DNA from: Eledone cirrhosa
Taxonomy: Eukaryota
Assembly: GCA_964016885.1 (NCBI GenBank)
Contig: OZ024741.1
Location: 68,758,001 to 68,822,000, forward strand
Length of the DNA: 64,000 nt
Direction of reading: 5' to 3'
Within the stretch, counting starts at the first letter, position 1; each line of letters opens with the position of its first letter. This document shows, in pieces, positions 37,802 through 51,834 of this stretch. A program made the position numbers and the translations under genes. A model generated the notes under the pieces. The model did not search any database. It had not been told where the DNA came from and saw nothing but the letters and a program-made list of their open reading frames with translations.

Positions 37802-40800
37802 TTCTTCTGGTTTTATAATTTCACAAAGTTTTACCAATAGAGAGAGATTCGGTTTCTAACATAGACACAAGACTCTTTCATTGGAATTTACACAACATCA
37901 ACTAGGTAGATATGTATGTATGTATGCATGCATGTGTAGATATGGATGTTATTGTATGTGTGGATGTGTATATTTTGAGTTGTATGTGTGCATGTGTATA
38001 TGCTTTGTATCTGTACATGTGTATATGCAGTTATTAGATGCAAAATTTTTGGAATGTTTTACATATTTTTACTGTTCCATTAATGGATCGTACTTGTAGT
38101 TTCCTAACTAGTTGTGTTCTTTCTGTTCCTGTGAAGCCTAGCTTCTCAAGATTTGTATTGAGGCAGTTACTATCATATCCCAATGCCCCAATAATCACAG
38201 GCATAAATCTGAAGGTGTAATCAGGGTGGAGTATCTGCAGATTTCTCATCAGTTCTGCATAAATATTCTCCTTTTCACTAATCTTTGATATTATATTGGC
38301 ATCTGCTGGGCAGCTAATTTCCACTACTGTGCATGTTTTCTTCTCCCTGTCCCATATCATAATATCTGGTTTGATTATATATGCTTGCATTTTATTGGGG
38401 TTTTTACTGGAACATTCCACCAGTACTCTTTCATATTATGTACATAGATGTCTTCCACATTGTTGTAGCTTTTAATGTGTTTATTATCGGGGCTATCTTT
38501 TTTACGAACTGCATTGTACAGTGTTTTGGCCACTACATCATGCCTGATAGGTAGATAGTACCGCGATGACATCTTTGGGCAGCTGCTGATGGCATGGGTG
38601 ATATCCTCGATGTTAGTTCTGCAGAGTCTGCACTTGTTATCACATCTAGGTGTTTTGCCTGCATCCCTATCTCTTTTGTGAATCAGGTATTTCGTGCTAA
38701 TCTCCTGTTCTTGGATTGCAAAAGCGTATCCTTCAAAGTGGGAGCCAATATAGCGGTTGTTGGTCCAAGATAGACTACTTTCCTTATCTATATTACTCTC
38801 ACTCTGGAGCTTCCTGGCAACATATCCATGCATGATTTTTTGCTGATAGGCATGCAGTTTTTCATCCATGGATTCACTGCGATACTGCTGAGCGACATCC
38901 CTGGGTGTGAGTTTTTGATTATCAGACAGGGAATATCTCTCAAGGAGTTCCTTCCCAACTCTCATGATCTTATCTGTTTCATGCAGATAGACTTGCTCGA
39001 GAAGCGGGCTCCTACGCTTCGAGGTTCGTAGATGTTGTCGGAGAGATATGATGCGACATTCAAATGTTGTCTGGACTGATGTTAGGCCTCTGCCTCCCTG
39101 CTTACGTTTCAAGTAAAGGCGGTCTATGTCACTGTTGATGTGGAAGTTTCCGGTGTTGTTCAGTATTTTTCGAGTTCCAACATCAACTGCTCGGATTTCG
39201 TCTATCGTCCAATTGAGTATTCCAAGCGTTGGTGTTAGGACAGGCACAGCAAACACATTGTGAGCCACTGTTTTGTTTTGTGCAGAGAGTTCCGATGACC
39301 AGATCTTTCTTAATCGGGTGTAGTATTCCCTGGTTATGCGTTCTTTATGACAGATACCATTATAGGATATGTTCTCATCTATCCCCAGGTATCTGTAGCA
39401 GTCCCCATCAGATATCGGTGAAACAGTTAGACCATTGATGACAATGTTGCTAGATTGGGTTGTTGTTTTTCCCCGCTTTACAGTCATGTATGAGCATTTA
39501 TCTTGGCCAAACTCCATTCCTATATCCTTTGAGAACGTTGTAACCAGGTCAAGATTTTTCTTCATCCCATCCATGTTCTTGGCATAGAGTTTCAGATCGT
39601 CCACAAAGAAGTTATGGGTTAGGTTCGTATTTCTGTCCTCCTGTGAGCCAATGATGTATCCCTCACATTTCTTGAGCAGAAAGGACAAGGGGTTTAATGA
39701 CAAGATGAACAATATCACAGAGAGACTGTCCCCCTGAAATATACCCCTGCAATATTTTATTTTATCAGTGAAAATAGAGTCCTCCCTCTCTGTCTTTAAT
39801 CTTAGGATAGTAGCCCAAGAAGAAGACAGCCTCTCTATGGCTCTGACAATAATGTCTGGGACTTTAGCAAGTTGGAGGGCCTCTATCATCCAAGAGTGGG
39901 GAACAGAATCGAAAGCTTTCTTGTAGTCCAGCCAGACTGTAGTCGTATTCCTACTAAGTTGTCGCACCTCCGACATCGCAGTTTTGTTGATTAGGAGTTG
40001 TTCAGCACATCCCCAAACCCTTTTCTTTCCAGCTGCTTCTTCATCTGTGATGATGTTATTATTTTCACAGTGATCTTGGAGGAATAGGTTCAGGCAGGTT
40101 GTATACATCTTATACATCAGGTTCTGGCATGCAATGGGTCAGTAGTTTTTTGCCAAGTGGGTGTCTTTGTTCTTGGGGACCAGTAACGTTTGTGCTAATG
40201 TCAACCATTCTGGTATAAGTGTATCTCCCTTAAGAACTTGTTGGTAGAGGTCAGTAAGATACCTTCGATAGAATATTAGTTTTTTGTACCAGTAGCCGAC
40301 AATCATGTCACTTCCTGGTGTTTTCTTATCTTGGAGTTTTCCTATCACAGTCTCAAGGGTACCCTCACTTATTTTGTATGTTTTTGTTGCAGTGTAGGAG
40401 CAATAGTTCTTTCGGATTTCTCTTAGCCACACTGCATCTTGGTTGAAATTCTTCTTTTCACCCCATATTTTTCTCCAAAAGGAATCTATGTCTTTCTGGG
40501 ATGGGGCCTCAGTGACACTTATTATTTTGCCCTTCATATCTCTATAGACTGATGTTTGGTTTCGTTTGAATCTTTTATTAAGCATTTTTCTCTCATCTAC
40601 CTTCTTCAGGTATCGGCGTTTTTCGCTAACAGCTCTCAATTCTTGTTATAAAGCTTATATTGGAGAGTTCTGGTTCTACTGTTACCAAACATCGTCTCTA
40701 TTTTATTTTTCACTCTTTGTTGGTGAGGAGTGAGGTTTTTTTGTGTTTGTTTGCATGTAAGGAGCATTGTCACATGTCCTATGTTTTTTCGTAGGTCAAC

Positions 40801-42113
40801 ACTCTTTTTTTCTATTTTAGTTATATATGATGGTATTTTTGGTGGTGTTTTGTTCTTGTTAATATCTCTGCTATCACCAAGATAATGCTTCACTGTCATT
40901 GCTAAGGCATATAAACAGGCGTTGATTTGCCAAAATGTTGGGGTTTTTATCCGTCATAAATATTCATCCCCTATTTCGTCAATAACACGTATTATTTCAT
41001 TATTTGGTTTTTTTATTCACCATTGTCATTTTAACACGTTCAGTCAGAGAGATATTTATACATGAGTTAATTTCTCTCTGGAAGATTTCGTTGAGGGAAA
41101 TTTTCAATTGTTTATAGTTTTGATTCTCATTATCGATAGTATTTTCCACAACAGTCGAGGTAGACTCAGATAGTATACGTGGTGTCACATTTATTCGATT
41201 ATTATTATTATTTCCAAGGGCGGTGGATTGGCAGTATCGGTAGAGGGTCGGACGCCATGCTTTCCAGCATATTTACGTCCCTTTACGATCTGAGTTCAAA
41301 TCCTGCCGAGGGTCGATAAAATAAAGTACCAGTAATGAACTGGGTAATTGCTGGCCTTGTGCCTAAAGTAGAAACAATTATTATTATTTCTTCGATTATT
41401 ATTATTATCGATAGTGTTTTCCCCAGCATTCGAGGTAGACTTAGATGGTACATGTGGTGTCAAGTTTCTTATAGGCATAGTTGTTTCAAGGCGCTGTTCG
41501 ACCTGGCTGCTAGGAAGTCTAGTAGCATGGCGATCTGTAACACATGTTGTTGATTCCATGTTTGTTGTGGGGGACTTACAATTAATAATATTTATCTTAT
41601 TTTTACGTTCAACAAACGTCGCTTGTTGGCGTAATTGTTTCGCTGTGAAATAATTTAGCTCTGGGTGCATTTCGTCCCAGTGTAGCTTCATTCTATTCAT
41701 ATAGCCAATGGAGGGATTGTTTTTTGCCATTTTATAACAATTAAATAAATCATTATTAAGTTCGCAACTCCAAGAGAAATGCGATTTATAATTTCGGTTT
41801 CTTCTGTAGCTACAACTGAATAAAGTTTGATTACCTTCTTTGTTATTTGTCTTCGATACTTCCTTAATTTTTTTGTTGATGTTGTGTTCAGCCATGCTGT
41901 TCGTAGCAAATCCTTGTAAAATGAATTATGTATTTAGTCGGATATCTCTACGAATTCGAATAAAAGGTGTTTTCAGAAGGGATAGTTAGAAGAATAACCA
42001 GTTATTCAACCTGGCTGTAGTTGTGGCATTACTGTCGGAGATAGTATTCATCTTAAATTTAATAAATAGTCTCCCACACCAAAATATGCGACTGATCGCG
42101 TTGACTGATGGAT
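37802..42113 (-). mobile_element. Near full-length R4/Dong-like non-LTR retrotransposon with restriction-like endonuclease; disrupted ORF from about 42051 to 38034
   Basis: PGSD, DYKKAFDSVPH, GIFQGDSLS, FVDDLK, GGRGL, CRLC..EDITHAISSC, RHD, KPDIMIWD..VVEISCP. (TATG)n at both ends. SINE insertion with 18-bp TSD (41194-41211, 41391-41408). Confidence 0.9.
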
Positions 42114-42130
42114 TATGTATGTATGTATAT

Positions 42131-42460
42131 GGAGGCACATGGCTTAGTGGTTAGAGCATTGGCCTTGCAATCGAAAGGTTGTAAGTCAGACCGGGTGATG
42201 TGTTGGTTCCTTGAGCAAGACACTTTATTTCACATTGCTCCAGGTTACTCAGCTGTAGAAATGAGATGATAGTGACTGGTGTCCCTGTCATTCCACTGCA
42301 AAGTGGATCTGTAGGCGCCACGGAAAAAAAGCACCCAGCACTCACTGTAAATGAGGTTGGTATTAGGAAGGGCATCCAGCTGTAGAAATCAAGCCAGAAT
42401 CAGTTCCCGTCCCACCCTTGCAAGCAGGGAAAAAGCGGACGTAAAATGATGATGATGATG
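42131..42460 (+). mobile_element. tRNA-derived SINE with RTE-like 3' end and (GAT)n tail
   Basis: A-box TGGCTTAGTGG, CCTTGAGCAAGACACTT core. The 3' part (TTAGGAAGGGCATCCAGCTGTAGAAA, GGACGTAAAATGATGATG) matches the LINE 3' UTR at 63756-63905. Confidence 0.8.
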
Positions 42461-42472
42461 AATGATATATAT

Positions 42473-43428
42473 TAGGGTGTTCCAGAATCCCACATTTTAC
42501 ACAAAAGTGTTTTTTTCTTAGCTCCCTATGCATTTTCTCATGCCATTTTGTATATTATCAATTTATAATGTAATTTTGATTATTTCAGACTAATTTAAGC
42601 CTTGCCTAATAGTTACAAATTGGCAGAATAATGGCGGAAACCAGTGGGCTTAGTTGTAGCTCATCGCTCCGTTGTGATGATCGAGAAATATGGCTCCTGG
42701 GGCAATATGTTACATCCTTTTCACCAAACAAAATACCAACAAAGGGGGATGTTCTAAGATATTTCTTCTACCTGAAAGATGGTCCTATGAAACACGAAAA
42801 GCATGCGAGCTTCAATGGTGATATTGCGGATAGGCTTGCGATGGAAGTAGTTAGTCAGTGGGGAAAAGCTGGTGTGGCGACTCAACGAAAAGACAAAGTG
42901 AAACTGAAAATTATGAACATGTACAGTGAATACAGAAATTTACAAAAAAACAAAGGTTCTAAGTCAAACAATGAAAAGGAAGCACTATTTATTTCTGAAA
43001 TGGATTCGTATTTCTACATTGCACATACTGATGCTGAAAAGATAATTTTGAAAGACCCTCTTCGTAATAATGAACAGAAAATGGAAGATGTTACATATCT
43101 TGAAGCCCTGCGTTGCCAGAAAAAAGTATCTCTGGGTGCTGAAGAAAAGGGTTACCAGAAAAAGGTATCTTCAAAGTTTAAGCGTGATCAGGTTTCTGTG
43201 GCTCGTCGAGAGTTAGAGAACCATAGAAAGTGTTTGTCAGGATCTGTAGCAGCACAACTTCCACGTAATGAACTGAGTGATTCAAGTTCAACAAATGATG
43301 AAACTGAAGATGAACAGGATCCTGAATTTCAGGCCTCAAACCCACCCAGAGACAGCTCAAAGTCAGACAAGAAACGAAAAATCCAGCTGGAACTCCCAAA
43401 GAATCCATTTCAAAGTCCAAAAAGCTAA
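42473..43428 (+). mobile_element. 5' half of a DNA transposon (hATm-like) with transposase N-terminal ORF 42631-43428, truncated by Helitron copy 2
   Basis: TAGGGTG terminus. IWLLG, KIPTKGDVLRYF and EVVSQWGKAGVAT resemble the LPT..VL / W.KA.IPT N-terminus recalled for this group. Superfamily call is from memory. Confidence 0.6.
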
Positions 43429-46400
43429 ACCATAATAAAGTAAGGAGTGCGGGACTGCGTCCAGAATATATTTTTTTATCCCGTTTGTAAAATAAGTTGG
43501 ATTACTTTGAATAAATAATGAATGAATATTACATAATTTATCTGCTCAATTTCGTAAACAAAAATAATTTCGTAAAAATAAATAATTTCAAATTGACTTA
43601 TTTTCAAAGTTGCACTTCCGGTATATCGTCAGCACCACCACCACCACCACTTCAATCTAAACTATAATAATATATATAGAAAGAGAGCGTGTGTGATGAG
43701 AGAGATAGAGATTATACACATACTTTCACACAAATATACATACATTCACACATACTTTCACACAAACATACATACTTTCACACAAATATACATACATTCA
43801 CACAAACATACATACATTCACACATACTTTCACACAAATATACATACATTCACACATACTTTCACACAAACATACATACTTTCACACAAATATACATACA
43901 TTCACACAAACATACATACTTTCACACAAATATATATACATTCACACATACTTTCACACAAACATACATACTTTCACACAAATATACATACATTCACACA
44001 TACTTTCACACAAATATATATACTTTAACACATATATTTTAACACAAACATACATACATTCACACATATACATTTACACAAACACACACATACAGTCATG
44101 ATAGCATTCGGTTTAATTGGAGATGCACACATATACATTTACACAAACATACATACATTCATACATACAAATGAATATATGAGAGGGATGAACACCGATA
44201 CAAGTATACATGTGTTTGAATTGAAAATGACCAAGTTAACTAGGTTGAAAAATACTAATTTAAAATAATATGGTTTGTCTGTCTCGATTTAAAGTAATAA
44301 ATCAATAAAAATAACAAATCTATATTAGCAATGGCCATGATACCCGGTCAAATTCTAAATTTGTTTCGCAACAATTATTAAGTGAAAGTCACTATCCCTG
44401 TGCTCTTCTGCGAGTCTCCAGGAAATTCGTACCTTTCACTTCAAAATACTTAAGAAGACTGAGAAATATGTGTTGTTTTGTCTGGGTTTCACGGCCATTG
44501 CCAATATAGGTTTGTTATTTTTATTGATTTATTACTTTAAATCGAGACAGGCAAACCATATTATTTTAAATTAGTATTTTTCAACCTAGCTAACTTGGTT
44601 ATTTGCAATTTGAACGCATGTATACTTGTATCAGTGTTCTTCCCTCTCATATATTCATTTGTATTAAACGGCTCGGATATATTCTTTGAGCTATTTAATT
44701 GTAAAAGACTATTTCGAGTTTATAACTCAATATATGATATTCTCGGCTCCATACATACAGCTAATTTTAGTCCCATAAAACCGGCTGCTATTTTTAGCGG
44801 CACGAGTATGAGACGAGTTAGGCGCTGTGACAGGTGCATTCAACAACACATATTTCTCAGTCTGAGGGTTTGTATGATGCTGTGGCTGAAGGAGATTCAG
44901 TAAATGCAGGCCGGAGAATTGTTCTTCCTCCTTCAATCTATGATTCACCTCGCTTCTACAGTGAGTGCTTTCAGAATTCGATGACTGTGGTTCGACACAT
45001 GGGAAAGCCATCCTATTTCATCACGGTAACAATTAACCCTAACTGGGATGAAATAAAGAATAGTTTGCACCCTGGTGAAGAACCTAGAGACCGTCCTGAT
45101 ATTTGTGCAAGAGTCTTCAAGATCAAGTATGACAGCATCATGGATGATATACTGAAAAGAAATGTCCTAGGAAAAGTTGTGGCTCATTCTGATACAATAT
45201 AGTGGCAGAACCGAGGCCTCACTCATGCTCATATTCTGCTGATAATGGCTGAAAATAGCAAACCCAAAACTGCTGATGCCATTGATCAGGTAGTGTACTG
45301 TGAGATTTCTGATAAAGAGACCAATCCAATTCTTCATCAGATCATCACATCCTGCAACATTCATGGCCCATGTGGACAAGCTAATATGATGTGCCCATGT
45401 ATGGAAGGGCTAGGACAACAATGCCATTGCTCAAAAAGTTATCCCAAGTCATTCAGACAAACCCCATTTGTTGCCGTAAATTCTTTTCCGGGGTATAGAA
45501 GAAGGGATAGACAGCATGGTGGTTACACCCATACAATCCAACATAAAGCTCAAGAATTTACTGTTGATAATTGTTGGATTGTTCCATAGAACCCTTTCCT
45601 CTCATTGCGATATCAGTGCCTCATCAATTGTGAGGTTGTCCACAGTGTCAAGGCTGTTACGTATTTATATAGGTACATCACGGAAGGATCAGACAAGATC
45701 ACTTTCACTATTAAGGATGATCAAGGAAATTGTGTCCATGCCCAAAATGAGATTGAGACCTATATCAATGCACGGTACATCTCAGCCAGTGAAGCATTCT
45801 GGAGAATCTATAAATTTCCATTACATCATCGAAAACTGCCAGTTGAAAAGTTGCCTTGCCATTTACCTGGAGAACAAATGGTCGTGTATGAGCGAGGGCA
45901 GGTAGAAAGTGTTGTTTCTAGGGGGCAGCCAATGACTAAGTTGATGGAATATGTTCAACTGAATATTGTGCCACTTGCACAAAACATATTGTATATTGAT
46001 ATTCTTAATATTTCACTTGGACAAACAAAAAGTGGCAAAGAAGAAAAAAGGGACATCTGGATGGTGATCAACAATTTATGAGTGAATCTCTTGGACGCAT
46101 TCCAACAGTATCTCTCAGTAGACATCAATCTGAATTATATTACCTCAGAATGATCCTACATCACAATGCTGGGTCAACTTCATACAAAGAATTGAGGACA
46201 ATTGAAGGAGTTGAATTTCCAACATTCCAAGAAGCATGCAGGAAACTTGGTCTGTTGGATGAAGATGGAGAAAAAGACAAAGCTATGGAAGAGGCCTCAT
46301 CCATTACGATTGGTCCTCAGCTGCGAGAGATCTTCTGCACCATTTTATTGTACTACATGCCAAATGACCCTCTGCAGTTCTGAGAGAAATGGAAGAATTG

Positions 46401-46604
46401 TCTTGCAGAGGATATCATGCATGAATGTCGTGAGCAAGTCATGTCCATGCAAACCGTGCAGATTGTTCTACAGAAGATCCAACAAAGACTTCAACATGAT
46501 GGCCTGGACATTCATGCCACCTATGGACTTCCTCGGCCAGACCCAACTATTGTTGCCATGCCAGAAATCAACAGGGTTCTTATGGCAGAAACTGATTTCA
46601 ATAC
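43425..46604 (+). mobile_element. Degenerate Helitron copy 2 (5' end, minisatellite, Rep region 44864-46604)
   Basis: Near identical to 10592-12312 and 14133-15871. Confidence 0.92.
44165..44664. repeat. Inverted repeat (about 185-bp arms) overlapping a degenerate HHR at 44342-44415 (-)
   Basis: 44165-44352 versus 44477-44664. ACTCG-CAGAAGA-GCA...TGC-GAAA-CAAATT tag AATTTG-AC-CGGGT. The other arm retains GTC at the cleavage site. Confidence 0.8.
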
Positions 46605-47517
46605 AGACGTTGGATGAAGTCACGAAGGCAATCAACCAGACCAGCTCAGGAAAGGCCCCTGGGAAGAACGGGATTCCTGCCGAGATCTTCAAGTTGGCCG
46701 GTCCAGCTGCCCTGGGGCCTTCCACACCCTCCTCGTCAGCATATGGGCGGAAGAAGAGGTACCCAAAGACTTCAGGGATGCCACAGTTGTCTCGCTTTTT
46801 AAGAACAAAGGCAGCAAAACTGACTGTGGCAACTATCGGGGCATTTCTCTCCTGTCCATCGCTGGGAAGGTCCTGGCTTGGGTCATGCTCAACCGCCTCA
46901 TTACCAACATCTCGGAGGACAACCTGTCTGAGGCCCAGTGTGGGTTCCCCCCAAACCGCAGCACGATCGACATGATCTTCTCTGTACACCAGGTACAGGA
47001 GAAGTGTGTCGAGCAGAACATGGACCTCTTTGCCGTCTTCATAGACTTGACGAAGGCCTTCGTCGATCCTGTCGAAGTTTGGATGCCCGACAAAGTTCAT
47101 GAACCTGATACGGCAATTCTATGACGACATGACCAGGAAGGTGAGCTCAGGCGGAGAAGCATCGGAGCCGTTCGGAATCACCAACGGCATCAAGCAATGA
47201 TGCGTGCTGGCTCCCGTGCTCTTCAACCTGTTCTTCACCTGCGTGGTCAATCATCCTGTCGGGGACCTCGAGCACGAAGTGTATCTGCGATACAGACTGG
47301 ACAACTCCCTGTTTGACCTGCGGTGCCTGACGGCCAAGACAAGGACCGTGCAGAGGATCGTCCTGGAGGCACTTTTTGCTGATGACTGTACTCTCATGGC
47401 CCACAGGGAGTCTGACCTCCAAGTCATCGTCAACAATCGCGGAAGCCTCCTGCCTCTTTGGTCTCACAATTAGCCTTGGCAAGACTGAGGTCCTGTTCCA
47501 GCCTGCACCTGCCTCCG
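46605..47517 (+). pseudogene. RTE (BovB-like) LINE reverse transcriptase fragment
   Basis: GKAPGKNGIPAEIFK, NYRGISLLSIAGK, EAQCGF, STIDMIF, FIDLTKAF, LAPVLFNLFF, LFADD. Confidence 0.9.
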
Positions 47518-50429
47518 GTTGTGAACCAATCGTCAATTCCGACTTTCGGGAAGAAATCACTGACCCTCAATTTAGGCCTGAGGCGTCGTTTTCAATGGGT
47601 GTTCGTCGTGGCAGACCTGCCGACCCCTATCTTAGGAGCTGATTTTCTCCACCACTTCAACCTTCTGGTGGATATGAAGAACCGGAGGCTTATCGACACC
47701 ACCACAAACCTCACTGTGAGAGGTATATTTACCACGCAATCCACAGTGAGCCCTGTAATTTTCCAGTCAGAGCCTTCGCGTTACAACGGCATTCTCCAGA
47801 AATACCCAGACATCACTCGCCCGGTATTTAAGGATGGACCTATTAAACATAGTGTCACACATCACATCGAGACAAGAGGACCACCCACAACTGCCCGATC
47901 AAGGAGACTGCCTCCAGACCGATTGAGAATTGCCAAACAGGAGTTTCAACACATGCTGGACCTCGGAATCATTCGCCCTTCCTCCAGCAACTGGTCTGTA
48001 CCCCTACACCATGTTCCTGAAAAAAACGAGAATGGTTGGCGACCATGTGGGGATTATCGTGCACTCAACAATTCTACAGTACCCGATAATTACCCTGTAC
48101 CTCATTTGAACGACTTTCTGCCTCTCTGCAAGGCGCAACCATCTTTTCCAAGATAGATTTGGTACGGGCATATAACCAGATACCCATGGAGCCTGCAGAT
48201 ATTCCGAAGACCGCAATTACAACACCGTTCGGTTTATTTGAATTCCTGCGAATGCCGTTCGTTCTGCGCAACACTGCACAAACTTTTCAGCGGTTTATTG
48301 ACACCGTGTTAAGTGATCTAGCCTTTGTATACGCGTATATCGACGACGTGGTAGTAGCAAGTACTTTCGAGCAAGAACACGAGAAGCACTTAGATCTTCT
48401 TTTCCAACGTTTGGCCAAGTACGGTATTATCATCAACCCCAGCAAGTGCCTTCTCGGCATTCCTTCACTGTCTTTTCTCGGGCACATCATTGATAAAGAC
48501 GGCATTCGTCCACTTCCCGAGAAAGTAGAAGCTATCCGCAATTTTCCCGCACCTACATCACTTCGGAAACTACGTGAATCCTCGGTTTGGTAAATTTTTA
48601 TAGGTGTTTCATCCCTCATTGTTCCGACGCAGCCAGACTCCTCACGGACCTTCTTCGTAACCGGACTCGCAAAAACGAAGAGATCACTCTGAATGAGGAA
48701 GAATTAACATCTTTTAACCGCCCGAAGGAAATGTTGGCAAACGCTTCCATGCTCGTTTTCCCCAGATCTGGCGCTCCTCTTTCGCTGTTAGTGGACGCAT
48801 CAGACGCGGGGGTTGGAGGAGTTTTACAACAACATGTCGACGGCGTTTGGCAACCCTTATCCTTCTTTTATAAGCGGTTGCAACCTGCAGAAACCAAATA
48901 CAGTACGTTTGGCCACGAACTCTTGGCAACCTACCTTTCGGTTAAACATTTTCGTCACATGCTCGAAGGATCAGATTTCGTGATCTACACGGACCATAAA
49001 CCACTAGTTTATGCATTCCATACCAAACCTGATCGACATTCACCGAGAGAACTTGGCCACCTGAATTTTGTCTCCCAATATTCAACTGATATTCGGCATA
49101 TCAAGGGATCAAACAACGTAGCAGCACCGACGCCCTGTGCCGAATCCAGCTGAACGCAATACATGTGCATTCAGGCATCGACCTTCAACAGATCGCAGCT
49201 GACCAAGAGACTGACGAAGAGTTTATCAAGCTCCGAGATTCGCCATCCCTCAAGTTTCAGCAAGTTCCCATTCCTTCTTCTCCGGATCAAATTTGGTGCG
49301 ACCTTTCTACCGGTCATGAACGACCGTACGTACCACAGATGCATCGTCGACAAGTTTTTTCTGCCTTACGCTGCTTGTCTCACCCGGGAATCTGGGCTAC
49401 ACAGAAACTCATCTCTGCTCGTTTTGTGTGGACTAACATTAACAAGGATGTGTGCGTCTGGTCCAGGAGCTGCATTGCCTGCCAGAAATCCAAAGTCCAC
49501 AGACACATCAAAACTCCACTCGGCACATTCGTGCAACCTGATGCACGTTTTCATCATGTGCATATCGACATTGTCGGACCTCTACCACCATCACAGAACT
49601 GCACATACTTGCTCACCTGCATAGATCGATTTTCCCGTTGGCCTGAGGCTTTTCCCATAAGTGATACCTCAGCGGAAACAGTCGCTAAAAATTTGGTTTT
49701 ACACTGGGTATCACGTTATGGCGCCCCAGCGAAGATAACAACGGACAGAGGGCGCCAGTTTGACTCCCACCTCTTCAGGGAACTGACTCGCCTGTTAGGA
49801 TGTAAACACATCCACACGACAGCTTATCACCCGCAAGCTAATGGTCTCGTGGAAAGATTCCATCGCCAATTGAAAGCTGCAATAAAAGCATATCCAGAGA
49901 AGACCCACTGGTTTGAATACCTGCCACTCATCCTTCTGGGCATTCGATCCACTATTGAGGAGGAATTCAGACACACACCTGCAGAATTAGTGTACGGCAC
50001 CACCCTGGTCAGCTGGTTGCTCCCATCTCTCCTCAGGATGTTCCAGCACCATATATGTCTCACCTTGCTCCTGCAAGCACCCGTCAACAGAACACGGCCA
50101 CACACGTACCTTCAGACATTAAAGATTGGACACACGTTTTCGTTCGAAACGACACCATCTCAGCTCATCTTTGACCTCCATATTCTGGCCCTTATCGTGT
50201 TCTAAAAAAATATCCAAAATATTTTATTCTCGATCTAGATGGTAAACAGAATTCTGTCAGCGTGGACAGATTAAAAAAAGCCATCATGGATACTGTTACA
50301 GTCTCTCCACCAGAAACTCCAACAGATTGCTGTCCCAGCAAGCCACCTGTTTCATCTCCAGTCACGAAAAGTGGACGACGTGTCCATTGGCCCGCCAAGT
50401 TGGCACAATATGTGAATTACCTCAAGTGA
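47518..50429 (+). pseudogene. pol: Ty3/Gypsy pol (protease end, RT, RNase H, integrase), frameshifted
   Basis: [78 protein letters not shown]. Confidence 0.95.
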
Positions 50430-51354
50430 GTTTCTTAATCATTCTTCTTGCAAAACATTCCCATTTCCCTTGTGTTTACTATTCCCAGTTTCAAATACAA
50501 TGAACTTTCTACTTGAACAATTGCAATTTTTAGTGACCATGTGCTCATGTCACAAAGAACATTATTTATTATGAACATTATCTATGACAAACTCTATTTA
50601 AGAACAAACATTGTGTATAGAATTGTGTATAACATTTTTTTTTTCTTCTCTCTCATGTTTTGCAAAAAAATTTTTATTTTTCTTGTTCTGCGACATTAAT
50701 TGTGTAATTGCCATAATTTTTATATACATACAAGGCGTGTACATATTCTGTTTTTCATGCACACTACACAACCACGTTTGTTTCACCTTTTGGTTCATAC
50801 ACTGAGCAATAGATATTTTTGCCCCTCTAACTCTTACACTACAAAATGTTTTCTCTTTGATCACGCATTTCACAAATCGCATCCTCAAAACACTGGCCTT
50901 CTTTTTTCACGAACACATTCACTCAATAGCTCGAGAATGCCTCGCTATTTTTTTTATCACATGCATTCGCTCAAGTCATATGCTTTGGAGCAAACTGTTA
51001 CTTTTAGACAGCATGCTTACGGCCATTCAGTTCACACATTACGGTTATTTTCACTGCCCTGTTAGACTTTTTGTCACACAATTCACAGGCAGCTCAACCC
51101 AAATTGGAACAGGCTCATTCATCACGCCTGCATAAATCTGGTCAAAGTCATTTTATAGTTTATTTCTTTTTTTTCTTCCTGACACACATCTTGCTATATC
51201 ATCTCTACATCGACTCTGTCCTATACTCGATGATCACCAAACTTCACAACGTGCTGGACACTCCTTGGGCTATTGTCATGACAAATGCACCACTGGCTCA
51301 TTACTATACGATATTTCGCTCTTTTGTTGTACAAAAGATCTGGCAGGGGGCTAA

Positions 51355-51834
51355 TGTACAGCCATCGGGAATAACATCTGTGAAATAAACAGCTCCATCT
51401 ATCTGCTTAGCTAGCTACCTCATCGTGAAACAAACAACCCTTAAATCCACCAGAATAAAACGCCTACGCAGCGGCTAAACATCAAACAATTATTTTTGTA
51501 TAAATAGAGTGGTTCCAAACACTTTCGCCAGTCGACCTTTGGCAGAGTCAACTCGCGTATCGTTCCTCTCTTCTGCCACGCTTGTCACTCACGCACGCCT
51601 TGTACCTCTGTATCATCGCTTCATTTATGAAAATAGCTGACCGAAACTAGATCTCTCGCCTTGCTCGTCCTTTCAACTTGTGCTTTCGTCTGTTCATCCT
51701 TATTGTATGAGACAACAGTCCTTTTAAGGGCTACCCTCAGATCCGATCAGACCATATGCGATAACAGTCCTTTTAAGGGCTATTCTCGGATCTAATCAGA
51801 AGTAGTGACCAGACTGACTAACCACGTCGCTACA
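51355..51834 (+). mobile_element. 3' LTR of the second Gypsy element
   Basis: PPT GGCAGGGGG near 51342, TGT start, CGCTACA end, TATAAA near 51499. Confidence 0.72.
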
